The notes beneath the pieces were generated by a model, which saw only the letters and a list, made by a program, of their open reading frames with translations, had not been told where the DNA came from and made no database searches. A DNA stretch of 57,357 nt, the filler included, from Platydemus manokwari (lineage: Eukaryota), in NCBI GenBank assembly GCA_037951405.1. It is 5 parts of 5 records of this genome, joined end to end, with 100 filler letters (N's around TTAATTAATTAA, not from the genome) between each part and the next. Parts side by side here need not be neighbours in the genome. Positions count along the whole stretch, not along the records: positions 18,299 to 31,496 come from JBBMOY011800283.1; positions 31,597 to 43,291 come from JBBMOY010516664.1; 3 more parts are not named here. One strand, written 5' to 3'. Shown here in pieces: positions 27,118 to 37,599 of the stretch. The number at the start of each line of letters is the position of its first letter. The first letter of the stretch is position 1. The translations under genes were made by a program, and so were the position numbers.

Positions 27118-28095
27118 CTAAATTGTGATGTATGATAATAAAATGCATTTTTCCAGTTTATTCATCAGAGTTTCCATGTCGATGAACAGTTCTTCTGTTG
27201 AATTATGTAGCTTCATAGAGAATTTCACTCCTAGATAGCGATAGTGCTCTTCTAGATTGATTGTAGAAATTTTCTCATTGTGGATCAGGAATTCCGCCGC
27301 GTTAGTACTTGATCTTTGATTATGTAAGTGCCCACATTTTGATGGTTTGAACTTGAAACCAAGAAGGAACCCCAGCGCTGATGCCTCATTGATCATCATT
27401 TGGAAAACATTTTGATTTTTATCAATAATTGCATAGACAAGGCATGAAATTCGATTATTTTCAATTATCAGGCCTCCAATAAGACAGTTGTCCATTTGTA
27501 CCAAGATTGGATTGATGGCTATGTTGAATAAAAGCATGGAAATCGGGCAGCCCTGTCGGACAGCCCAATCAATTTTAATTGGTTTCGTTTCATAATATGC
27601 GCATTTAAGAGACGTTTGGCAGTCTATGTAGAGACTTCTTATGATTTTGATGGCAGTTTCAGTCAATCCCATATGCTCAAGGATTGTGAACATCGCTTCA
27701 AGATTTAATGAAGGAAAGGCTTCTCCTATGTCTAAGAATCCGATGTGAACATTATCGATATTTCTCTTGCTGTGTTCTTCTATAATGGCTCGAAATAAAA
27801 AGTTGTGTATTAAGTTGTTTTCATCAATCCAATCTTTCAGTTGTTTGTACAGAATAGTTGTGAAAATTTTATAGCTGCAGTTGAGCAGAGCAATAGGGCG
27901 CCAGGAGTTGACTTGATGATAGTGACCTTCTTTCATGGGTTTCGGTATCATCAATGTTGTAAATGTTTTTCATTCATCTGGTATTTCTTGGTTACATAGA
28001 CATTTTGGAAAATCTTGTGTATGACTTTTGTCTCTGGATCTGCATATAGAATATCTTTATAATTGATCTTGTTTTTTCCAGAAGCACTTTTTCCA
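27118..28095 (-). pseudogene. Non-LTR reverse transcriptase domain
   Basis: IPDE*KTFTTLMIPK, WRPIALLNCSYKIF, FLDIGEAFPSL, VRQGCPISMLLFNIAI, LVYA (the DD of YADD is deleted), KPSKC and YRYLGV. Confidence 0.93.
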
Positions 28096-28689
28096 AATGG
28101 TTGTATAAATTATTTCTGGTTCTATTATGCTGATGTCGAAATTTTGGCCCCTTTTAGTAAGTTTCTTTAGTGAACAAAAATTTTACATGCTTTCGTACAC
28201 GATCCTACACAATCAGGAAGATCTGCTTTTTGCTTCTGTTTTTCTTCGAACTGTTTTCGAAGTCTTTTTGAATAAATTGACAGTCAACTTTTGTGTATTG
28301 CGTGGCTCATTCAAAGGCAGCAGATGGAGAGTGGTTAAACAGTCTCCTTAGTTTTAGGTCTGTTTCATCTCCTTTTTCATTATTAGCTCTACCCAAGTAT
28401 GTGTTACTTGATTATTTAATTGTGCAGACACAGCGAATAAATTCACATTATTTCCTAAACATTTAATCTACTGTTTTATTTGTAAAGTTGTTGGCCAATC
28501 CTTCTGCTAATGATTTCCTGATTTCAAATGTATCTTTTGGGCAAAAATCAGGAATGTACATTAGTTGTTCTCCTCTCTTGAGCTTCCATTCATGCTCAAG
28601 GATCGCCTTATTAGGTTTTTTCTTTATTCTCTTTATATTTATTCTCATAAGTTGGAAATTATGGCTGATTTTCAAATACCATTGACTAG

Positions 28690-29110
28690 CTTTCTCCAAA
28701 ATTGCACTGTATCAGTCTGGGTTTTGTAGGCTCAATTTCTTTCAGACCTTTTTCTTCCATATCATCATAAAAATATTTCTATTTAGATTACTGAGTAATT
28801 TTGTTTTTTGATCATCTGTATCATCACCTCTAGGGTCCAGTAATTGAATTGATTTTTCTGTTATAAATATTATCACTAGAATCCAGCGTTTAGAATTCAT
28901 CAGAAGTGGACAAAAAATAATTTCCCTGTTTTTGAAATACTGGAACGACAGGAATTCCAGAACATCTTCAACGTCATCGATTCCGAGGGCTCTACCAATA
29001 AAAGGATCGAGTACTAGAAATTTTCGACATTGAAATTCTTTTTTACATAAGGCGATCATGTGTCTTTTCGTAAAGAGGATATGGTCATCTTGATTTTATG
29101 CAGTTGCCTG
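28690..29110 (-). pseudogene. Ulp1/SENP-like C48 protease domain 2 of the retroelement
   Basis: A*NQDDHIL..., FLVLDPF, IIFCPLLMNSKRWILVIIFITEKSIQLLDPRG (HW appears as RW), and a frameshifted QTDT.NFG (QxDxxNCG-like). Same frame as domain 1 across a single stop at 29096-29098. Confidence 0.75.
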
Positions 29111-29149
29111 TCCCACCCCTGTTAATTTGTTAATCAAATCTTCCGAAAT

Positions 29150-29665
29150 GTTTTGTTTACATTTTCTTCTGATGGTTTTGACGTCTATGTCTATGCAAGA
29201 TTGGTTATTAGCTACACAATCAATGCGGCCGCATATTAATGGGCCACAGTCAAAGTTATTTTTTTCTAATTGCCGTTCTTTCTTATAAAAGAAGTTTCTT
29301 TTTATCTTTGAGTTTTTCCAAATTATGTTTTTGTATTTGAGTGTGTTGCATGTCCTCTTCGCTTTGATTTCAGCTTCATTTAAAAATTTGTCACTACTCA
29401 ATGGGTCAAGTATACCTCCCCCAAATGGGTAGATCACTAGCATCGTGCAGTGTTGGTTTTGTACGTTAATTAGGGCAAGGGCTGTTGTACATGTTGAGCT
29501 TCATGGCATTGATACCAACTTTACTGAGATTGGTTCCATTTGTAATTAATTCTGCAACATAGCTACTGTTGAACTTGCAATCATTTAACTGAACATGTTT
29601 TCACCCATATTTATCAATCTGGTCTCCGAAGAACCATTCGGTATAAGACAGTGAGGCCCTTTTGT
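29150..29665 (-). pseudogene. Ulp1/SENP-like C48 protease domain 1 of the retroelement
   Basis: SLSYTEWFFGDQIDKY (LxxxxWLxDxxIxxY-like), INVQNQHCTMLVI (His at 29450-29452), GILDPL, and QLEKNNFDCGPLIC (Cys at 29246-29248). Confidence 0.82.
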
Positions 29666-31496
29666 TCGCTTCGGACGAGGCCAAAATGAGATCCCATCAA
29701 AAGTCAGATTCTGTGTAGCTCGCAGTGCAAGACAAGGAGTACTCCTGACTATCTAACAACCTTGAGCTGGGGATGGTTGACAGGGATCGATTCTTGTTTG
29801 CGTTTTTTGGCGTCGACTCCATGGCCTATTTATCCATTAGGCTCAGCATTTTTTCTTGAATCGTAGTGAACTTTTTGATTTTGACTTTTTTAATCACTGC
29901 AATCGGTACTTCCTCTTGAGATGCACATGTTTCTTGAGTTTTATTTTTTTGTATTCTGCCATGAGTTCGTCCTCCATTTTTTCCTTTTCTAATTCAAATC
30001 TTTTGATGAGTTGGGTAGCATAAGACCTATTTTTTGCCGTGGAAAGACCGTAGAACTTATCCAATACTATCGCATTATCAATTCTCATTGACGATAAAAG
30101 AGATGTTGCCGTGTTGATTTTAAGATATATTGCAGTGGAATGTGAGTTCGATTCATTCTCCAAGTCTGTGGTAGGCACCTCTGTTTGCGCAGCTGAGCTA
30201 ATCATTTCGAGGTTTGTCTCTTTATCTTATATTCTAGTCTTGCTTACATTTGTGTTGAGGATATCCAGCTTCACGTGATTTGTGGTTACTATATCAAGAT
30301 CAACGTCGTTCAATTGTTTGGCAATAAGATTCACGATGTTTTCCGAGCTATTGCCAAAATCAATTATATTGTATGAGTTTTGATCGTCCAGGTTACTTTT
30401 TTATTTATCATCATTCAAAGTATTAGTTGGCCAAAATATATCTTTTAGAGTTTCAGTAACCTTATCTTCTACTCCATAATTACGAAGATTATTTTTGAAT
30501 TGCAATAGTGCGTCGTTATTCGTTAATCCTGGGATATTATTAGGATTACAGATGGGAACCTTAGCATTTGTTTTCATGTTCGCTAGCATCACTGTGCTGT
30601 CTTTTTCCCTTTCTCTGAGAGTTTTCTGAATTTATTTAAAATTGTTTTGAGATGCGGTTTATCTTTTAGCGATCCGATGTCAATGTTAAGAGACCATGAC
30701 TTGTGGGAGTTAAAAGTAGCAGGAATAAGGGGTCTCCGTTTTTCCTTGGAATGAATTTCATTTTTTCTTTCATCTTTCAATATGTGAAAATTTTGTTTTC
30801 GTTTTTTGATTTTCTGATTTAATCTGTAGGGTATAACCTCGTGAGCCAGATTCCTTTCTGGAGTTTCGTCGTGTTTTTCTCCTTATCATATTGAAACCTT
30901 TATCATCAAGTGTGTTTGGATGTGGTTCCTTGTTTGAATTCATGTTGTAGATGTTATCGCTTGATTTCCATATGCTTGAAATTTATTTACTATGACCATC
31001 CTTCCAGTTCACAGATTTTGCAACATTTGAATAGGATGGTCTTGCATTGAAGTGATATTGTCTGTTCTCTAAGTGAGAGTATTCATCCGTATTTTCAATC
31101 GGGTAATTCGTTAAGAATTGCTCCAAATCTCCGGCCAACTGATTTAGTTGTTTGTGCCCATTTAGCGTACCATTTCCTCCAGCTTCAAAGCTAGAGGGTT
31201 GTGATCTTCTGTAAGCATTTCTCTCTGTCTCTGGTCATTGTAAGGCTGGTAAACATTTTTTAAGTGCTCGTCGTAATTGTCAAACCTTTCGAGTTACGTT
31301 TCATACTTACAAAGATCAAAGTGACATCTTTTCTCACACAAAGTGGTATAACGCTGATTATATCGAGATATTTTAATATGTGATAAAATAAGAATCTATA
31401 TTCGAATAATGAAATTGTAAGGCTTTAAACCTAAATTAAATAATTTTGAAATTAAAATTAAAAAATTAAAAATTAAAATTGAATTATTTTACAATC

Positions 31497-31596
31497 NNNN
31501 NNNNNNNNNNNNNNNNNNNNNNNNNNNNNNNNNNNNNNNNTTAATTAATTAANNNNNNNNNNNNNNNNNNNNNNNNNNNNNNNNNNNNNNNNNNNN
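31497..31596. other. Artificial contig-joining spacer
   Basis: 44N-TTAATTAATTAA-44N. Confidence 0.97.
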
Positions 31597-34043
31597 ATTA
31601 TCGAGAATTAATAAACTCTGAATATTATGAATTTTATGGTGATCAAGCTGAATGTCATTTCATCTCTTATATTGTAGATCTGGATAAAAAAATAACAAGA
31701 ATACTTAAACATACAAATTTAGAAATAATGTTAACAAAAGAAGATTTAATGCATTTTAATAATGCAACATCTTGTATTTATTGTAAGAAAGAATTTCATT
31801 CGAATGATAGTGATAATGAAAGTAAAGTGAAAGATCATGCTCATTTAAATGGAAAATATAGAGGTGCTTCACATAATAAATATAACTTAAATGATAAGTC
31901 ATTAAAAAATTTATTTATCCTATGTTAGTTTCATAATGGTTCAAAATATGATTTTCATTTCTATTTTCTAGAATTAATAAGAAAATATCCAAATACTAAA
32001 TATAAAATTATTCCACGAACTGATGAGGAATATATAAGTTTTAGTTTTAAAAAGATTAGATTCATTTAGAACGACTGGAAAGTCAGTAAAAGAAAAATCT
32101 AATGGATGTAACATATTAAGATCTTTTAATTTAAAACCAAAAAAAGTTTTCTTCCATATGATTATATATGTGGAAATAACTTTAGAGAAGTAAATGCTTT
32201 ATTATTGAATGCTAATATTATTTCAATAAGTGATTTCTTTTCACGCATAGGTCAATGTGAAATTTCAGAAGATGATTATGAATATTTTCTAAATGTTTTA
32301 TATAAAAACAGATGTTTTAATTTTAGCAGATTTCTAAGAAAAATTTAGAGAAACATGTTTAACTCATTATGATTTAGATCCATGTTATTGTTATTCTACA
32401 CCAGTATTATCATGGCAAGCTGGACTAAAATATTCCAAAGTAAAACTAAAATATTTTAAATCAGAAACATATAATCATTTATTATTAATTGAAAAAGGAA
32501 TAAGAGGAAGAATTAGTTCAGTTCATGGAAATAGAAAAGTTATATCAAATAATAGAATAACAAACAAAAATTTTGATTGTTATTATGAACCAGAAAAATA
32601 TGAATGGGATCAAATGATCAATAATTCACAAAAAGGTTAATTTTGCCATGTCTAATTATTTTAAAGAAAGAATATGCTACTTGTATGACAAAATCTTCAC
32701 CAACAGGAGAAATTGAAGAAGTTGAACCAATCCATGAATCAACAACATTTGATGAAATAGGATTTATTTATGAGGTTGATTTGAATTATCTGAAAGAAAT
32801 TCATGATAAAGCAAAATATTTTCCATTATGTCCAGAGAAATTTAAAGTTAATGATAGTTTATTATCAGAGTATCAACTAAATAATCGACCTAGTGTTTTA
32901 AAAGATGGAACTGGTGTCTATTCAGAAAAACTAATGTTAACAGAATTTAATAAACGAAATTATATTGTAGAAGGATCTTTATTATATTATTTCATTGAAC
33001 AGGGAATGATTTTAATAAAGGTTCATAAAAAACTAAAATTAAAAAAATCAAGATGGTTATAAAGACATATAAAACATAATATTGGACAAAGAACTAAAGC
33101 AAAGAATAAAGGAGATAAATTTGGAGAAGAATTTTTAAAATTTTTAAATAATTCATTTTATGGAATAACATTGGAAGAGGTTAGAAAAAGATTGAATATA
33201 AAAATCGTTTCAACGGATAGAGAATTTCAATTATTAGCATAGGAATTAACATTCAAAAAGCAAAGATATTTACTCCACAAATATCAGCATCTCATATGAA
33301 AAAAGCATCAACAAAATTTGATAAATTTAATTATGTAGGATTTTTTGTTTTAGAATATTCTAAATTAATTATGCATAAATTTTTTAATGATGTTTTAGAT
33401 AAATTATTCAAAGATAAATATAAAATACATTTTGTGTGCCACTGACAGTTTATTTATAGAGTTTATTTTGAATTTTAATGAAACATGGAAAGATGTAGAG
33501 GATAAATTAAGACCATATATAGGAAATGATTTAGGAATGTTTAAAGATGAGGTTTCAAATGAAACAATAAAAACACAATATTTTATTAAATCAAAATCAT
33601 ATTTACAACAAAATGAAGTTGATTATGATAAGATATTATTAGAACAACCTACAGGTAAAATAATAGAGGATTTTAAAAATAAAATGAAAGGGTATAAGAA
33701 TTATAATAAAAAACAATTATCAAAATTAATTAATGATTATAAAAATTCACCAACTGAAGAACAAAAGAATTTAATAATAAAAATATTTATAGACACAATT
33801 GATAAATATAATATAGCTTTAACTGAAAAAATAACAACAATTAACAGAGTAATAGGATCTAATCTTCATCAAATAGAAGTTTATGAACAAGAGAAAATAG
33901 GATTATCACCATTTGATGATAAAAGACTAATAGAAAATAATGGAATAGTAACCTAGCCACATGGTCATCAATTAAAATATTCAAAATGTAATGAATAGAT
34001 TTTAAAATTAGATGAGATAAGAGAAACACATATATGTGAATGA
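31597..34043 (+). pseudogene. polB: Protein-primed family B DNA polymerase (Polinton type), frameshifted
   Basis: CIYCKKEF...VKDHAHLNGKYRGASH (Zn/EndoVII-like), FHNGSKYDFHF, FPYDY, DLDPCY, EKGIRG, GFIYEVDLNY..FPLCPE, KFLNNSFYG, CATDSLF (YxDTDS-like), LGMFKDE and LSPFDDKR. Confidence 0.93.
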
Positions 34044-34052
34044 AATTCTTTC

Positions 34053-34177
34053 GAACGAAGTCCGAAGAAATGAACTTCGTTCGTCAGATGAAAGCCGCAG
34101 GCTGAGTTCTTTCTTCTTCAATAGAATTACATAATTTGAACGAAGTTGATGAAATCCAAAGGTCAGACGAAGTCTGA
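34053..34177. terminator. Cluster of short hairpins between the convergent pPolB and minus-strand ORF
   Basis: gaacgaagt..acttcgttc (34053-34082), agccGCAggct (34093-34103), aacGAAgtt (34139-34147) and tcagacGAAgtctga (34163-34177). The terminator role is inferred from position only. Confidence 0.4.
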
Positions 34178-34255
34178 GTTTCTTCCCTTCAATGAAATAA
34201 TTTTTTTAAAATTTATTGAAAGAAGTTCCTTCAAATGAAATAAATTTTATTTTTA

Positions 34256-34700
34256 TTACTTACCAATGGTATCGAATTTACTTGAATTTAGCTTCCCTAA
34301 CTCCTCACGATATTTTTCTTTAATGGAATTCTTCAATTCTTTTTTATGCTCCTTCTTTGCTTTTTGCCGTATTTTATTTTCTAATTTATTATTATTATCC
34401 TTAATCTTTAAAATTTCTTCACGTAAATCTTTTACAATATTTTTAGCTTTATTAATTTCTTCATCGGTTAATATATTATCCTCTAAAGCTTTTAATTGAA
34501 AGAAATATAGCTTATCAACACCGCATTTAATCACCTCACAAAATTTCCATAAATCTTTTTCTATTTACTACACAGTCAAATATGAAATGATTCTCCAACA
34601 ATAGAATTTGTTATTGTAAATAAACCACCTCCCGCACCACAATATAAAACAATTGATAGAACCATTCCATTATATGAAAGAACAGGCTAAATGGTTGTTA
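34256..34700 (-). pseudogene. Polinton/adintovirus small membrane and coiled-coil protein (gasderminX-like)
   Basis: Gly-rich hydrophobic stretch SIVLYCGAGGGLFTITNSIVG followed by KALEDNILTDEE and a lysine-rich coiled coil. This resembles the KALxDxxIxDEE motif seen in such ORFs. Confidence 0.5.
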
Positions 34701-34834
34701 ATATAGTTGAAGCTCTACCGAATGTTAAAAGAAAATACTTTAGGCCACTATCAACTTTTGTCCATTTATTTTTAACTTATTACAATGGCTTAATAATTCT
34801 TCTAAAACTCTTTTTTCATTCAAAAAATTTAAAT

Positions 34835-35372
34835 ATGGTTTGATAAAGAATCTGGAATTGAAAGTAAGTTTTTAAAAATTTTTGTGATGAAAATAAAATC
34901 ATTTCATATCATACTGAAAATGAAGGTAAAGCTGTTTATGCAGAAAGATTTATTAGAACTTTGAAAAATATTATGTGGAAACATTTTACGGATTAGGGAA
35001 ATCAATGATGGGATAACAATTTATTGCAAAGTATTGTTAATAAATATAATAATAAAATTCATTCTGGTATTGGAGTTACTCCTGTTGAAGCTAGTAAAAA
35101 CCCTGAAATAATTAAAGAAAAAATTAAAGAATGGAATAATTTTAATAATAATTTAAATTATAAACCAAAATTTACAGTTCTAGTTAGAGTGAGAATTTTC
35201 AAATATAAAAATAAACTAGAAAAAGGAAATACGACAAAATTTTCGAAAGAAATATTTGTTATTAAAGAAGTTTGCAAAACAAAACCCATAACTTATAGAT
35301 TGATAGATGTAAAATGAGAAAAAATATTGGGAAGATTTTATGGAAATGAGTTGATTAAAATAAAATTTTAAT
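34835..35372 (+). pseudogene. Polinton rve (c-)integrase, C-terminal part
   Basis: KAVYAERFIRTLKNIMWK, LQSIVNKYNNKIHSGIGVTPVEA, KPKFTVLVRVRI...KGNTTKFSKEIFVI, TYRLID...GRFYGNEL. Confidence 0.9.
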
Positions 35373-35672
35373 AAGTTTATCAAATTATTAATATGTATGG
35401 CTTAGTCGTGATGTATTAATGGTTGTGGTTCAAATTTATATAATTTATTCAATATAGAAATTGGAAAAAAATACACTGATCTAGAATCTAAAATCAAAAT
35501 AAAAATCGGATTATTACTTAAAAAGATGTTTAAAATCAATAAAACATAATAAAATTAGATAATAATTATTTTTGTATTAAATTAAAATTCAAAATTTTTT
35601 CCTGTATCATTTATAAAAAAGACAAATCGAAATATTTATTAAATTAAATCAAATAAAATAAACGTTAATTTA

Positions 35673-35796
35673 TCCCACGGCGTGGGACTTTTCATAATAT
35701 ATTTTAGTAATCCAAATTTTCTTTAAGTTTTCATAATATTTGTCCAAGGGTGTGGGGGTTTTCATAATATATATTAGTAATCCAAATTTTCTTTAA
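35673..35796 (+). repeat. 70-bp-period direct repeat with a short palindrome
   Basis: gtggg..ttttcataatatat.ttagtaatccaaattttctttaa occurs twice; tcccac-ggc-gtggga palindrome at 35673-35687. Confidence 0.75.
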
Positions 35797-36519
35797 TTTA
35801 TATGTTTGCTCTGAAAGATCTTGGGGATCCTGAACTTACCTCCCGAAAAATAAATGTTTCCATCCCCTCCCTAAAATTTCTTCAACTTTCTAAGATTTTT
35901 CTTTTGTTAATATTTTTATATTTCCAACATTTTCTCCAAACTAGATATATTTTTTCCATCAAAATTGATCTAAAATAAAATTCTACTGATTATCAAATAA
36001 TAATAATAATAAAAGAAAATCAAATTCTTTTGACTGTTAAAATAAAAAGCTGATTTACAAATATTGATAATAATAATGATAATAATATTCAGATCCACAT
36101 AAAAAGTTTAACTAAAAATATGAAAAAACAAAATCATTAAAACTTACATTACAACAATATTTAAACTTGAATAATTACAAAGAATAAATTAGAATGAAAA
36201 ATAAAACTTACGTTGCAAAATTTGAAAATGAAACTAAATTAATGTCAATAAACAAACTTTCAAAGATAATTTATTTGAAATAACAAAATTTTTATTTTTA
36301 AGTAGGAAAATCATAAATAATTTTAAAATTTTATAAATGTATGAAATTAGTTATTTTGAAATTAATTATTTTAAAATTATACTTAGATTTCTATTTTGTT
36401 TTTCAAAAATTTTTATTTAATAAAGTATAATATTGTATAGAACATAATTTCTAACTTTTGATCTACTGATCCGATTTTAATGATTTATACATCAAATTAA
36501 AGGAAATTAAATGTGAAAT

Positions 36520-36960
36520 TTAAATAAAGGCTTCTACATATAAATTTCGGAATTCTAGTAAATTCAATTTGTCATTAAGCTTTAGTAAATCTTCTAACTT
36601 TTGTGGAAAATCATTTATAGTATTTAATAACTGATTTTCAGTAATTTCTTTTCCTTCAACTTTTGATATTTTATTTGAATATATTTTTTTTGTAATAATA
36701 TTAAGTTTTCGAATATCATTAAGATTTTTCAATAAAATTTCAATTACTATTCGAAAATTAACACCTTCCACCTCATTTATGTATTTTAAAATATTATCAC
36801 TTGATTCTAAAATATAAGAAATTATATTTTTATTTTCTGAAGAATGTTTAATGAATGTAACAAATTTAATAATATCACATGTATTATCATTGTTAATAAT
36901 GGAAGTATTAAATTTCGTTATATGGTTTCTTGTTGCAAATTTCACATTTTTTTCATTCAT
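36520..36960 (-). CDS. Intronless 146-aa hypothetical protein, probable Polinton accessory gene
   Basis: Intact ATG-to-stop ORF, Asn/Ile/Lys-rich like neighbouring Polinton genes; no recognised domain. Confidence 0.5.
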   Translation of the reverse strand: MNEKNVKFATRNHITKFNTSIINNDNTCDIIKFVTFIKHSSENKNIISYILESSDNILKYINEVEGVNFRIVIEILLKNLNDIRKLNIITKKIYSNKISKVEGKEITENQLLNTINDFPQKLEDLLKLNDKLNLLEFRNLYVEAFI

Positions 36961-37077
36961 TTTTTATGCTCACTTTTTATATAGGAAATAAAATTATGAA
37001 ATTTTATATTTCATTAAATAGTTTATGATTTTTGCCTACTCTTTAGAAAAAATTGAGATTTTTTAAAAATTGATAGC

Positions 37078-37187
37078 AGTAATGTAGGTCAGTATTTAGC
37101 AATATATTTTGAACCTTCAGCTGAGCTAACGTATGTGAGTGAAACTGAAGGTTCAAGGTATGTTACTAAATACTGACCTACACTACT
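37078..37187. repeat. 43-bp inverted repeat with a 24-nt spacer (fold-back or MITE-like)
   Basis: agtaatgtaggtcagtatttagcaatatattttgaaccttcag (37078-37120) versus ctgaaggttcaaggtatgttactaaatactgacctacactact (37145-37187); 5 mismatches, all transitions. Confidence 0.92.
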
Positions 37188-37599
37188 TCTGCTGTATGGT
37201 AAGATAGTTCCACCAATATTTCATTTATCACAGTGTCACAGTGTAGGTTGAGTGTATTAAACACGAGTTCAAATAACAATCGATGTGATACATTTATTGA
37301 TATAACTCTACATTAATTAATAATATAATAATAGCATGAATGCGAAGTATTTTAAATTTGAGTGATTTGAAATTAACATCTCTGTTGAAAACTATAGACA
37401 TCCACTTCTGGTGAAAATGAAGGTATGTAGAAAAATTAAGTTTTGAAGGAAGACAAATAGTCTTTGGGAACTTTGACGAAGTAATTTTATGTAGTAGTTA
37501 TTCCCTTACGGGTATTATTAACAAAAAATTTAAAAATAATTTTAAATAAGACATAAAAATCACTCATCAGATGAGAAAGTTTTCAAAGAATTTCTCTTA

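Larger units (their letters stand above)
27118..31260 (-). mobile_element. Non-LTR retrotransposon (NeSL/RLE-clade-like), single decayed ORF: N-terminal region, Ulp1, Ulp1, RT; 3' end missing
   Basis: Collinear minus-strand ORF fragments from about 31250 to 27118 with GC above the flanks. N-terminal RPSYSNVAKS, two C48 protease domains, then non-LTR RT motifs. No APE domain recognised, and no RLE after the RT. Confidence 0.88.
31597..37187. mobile_element. Decayed Polinton/Maverick (adintovirus-like) segment
   Basis: Protein-primed PolB, a gasderminX-like ORF, an rve integrase and an accessory ORF lie in intronless, very AT-rich DNA. The left end is cut by the contig boundary. The right boundary is tentative. 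Confidence 0.85.

Noticed and set aside
28127-28685. Plus-strand ORFs 28127-28351 and 28488-28685 (also 34266-34499)
   Set aside because: Hydrophobic antisense translations of Lys-rich minus-strand coding sequence.
34053-35796. CRISPR-like array
   Set aside because: No regularly spaced identical repeats with unique spacers, no cas genes, and the context is eukaryotic.
27118-37187. A combined RT + protease + DNA polymerase + integrase super-element
   Set aside because: The non-LTR element and the Polinton are separated by an artificial linker (31497-31596), so their adjacency has no biological support.
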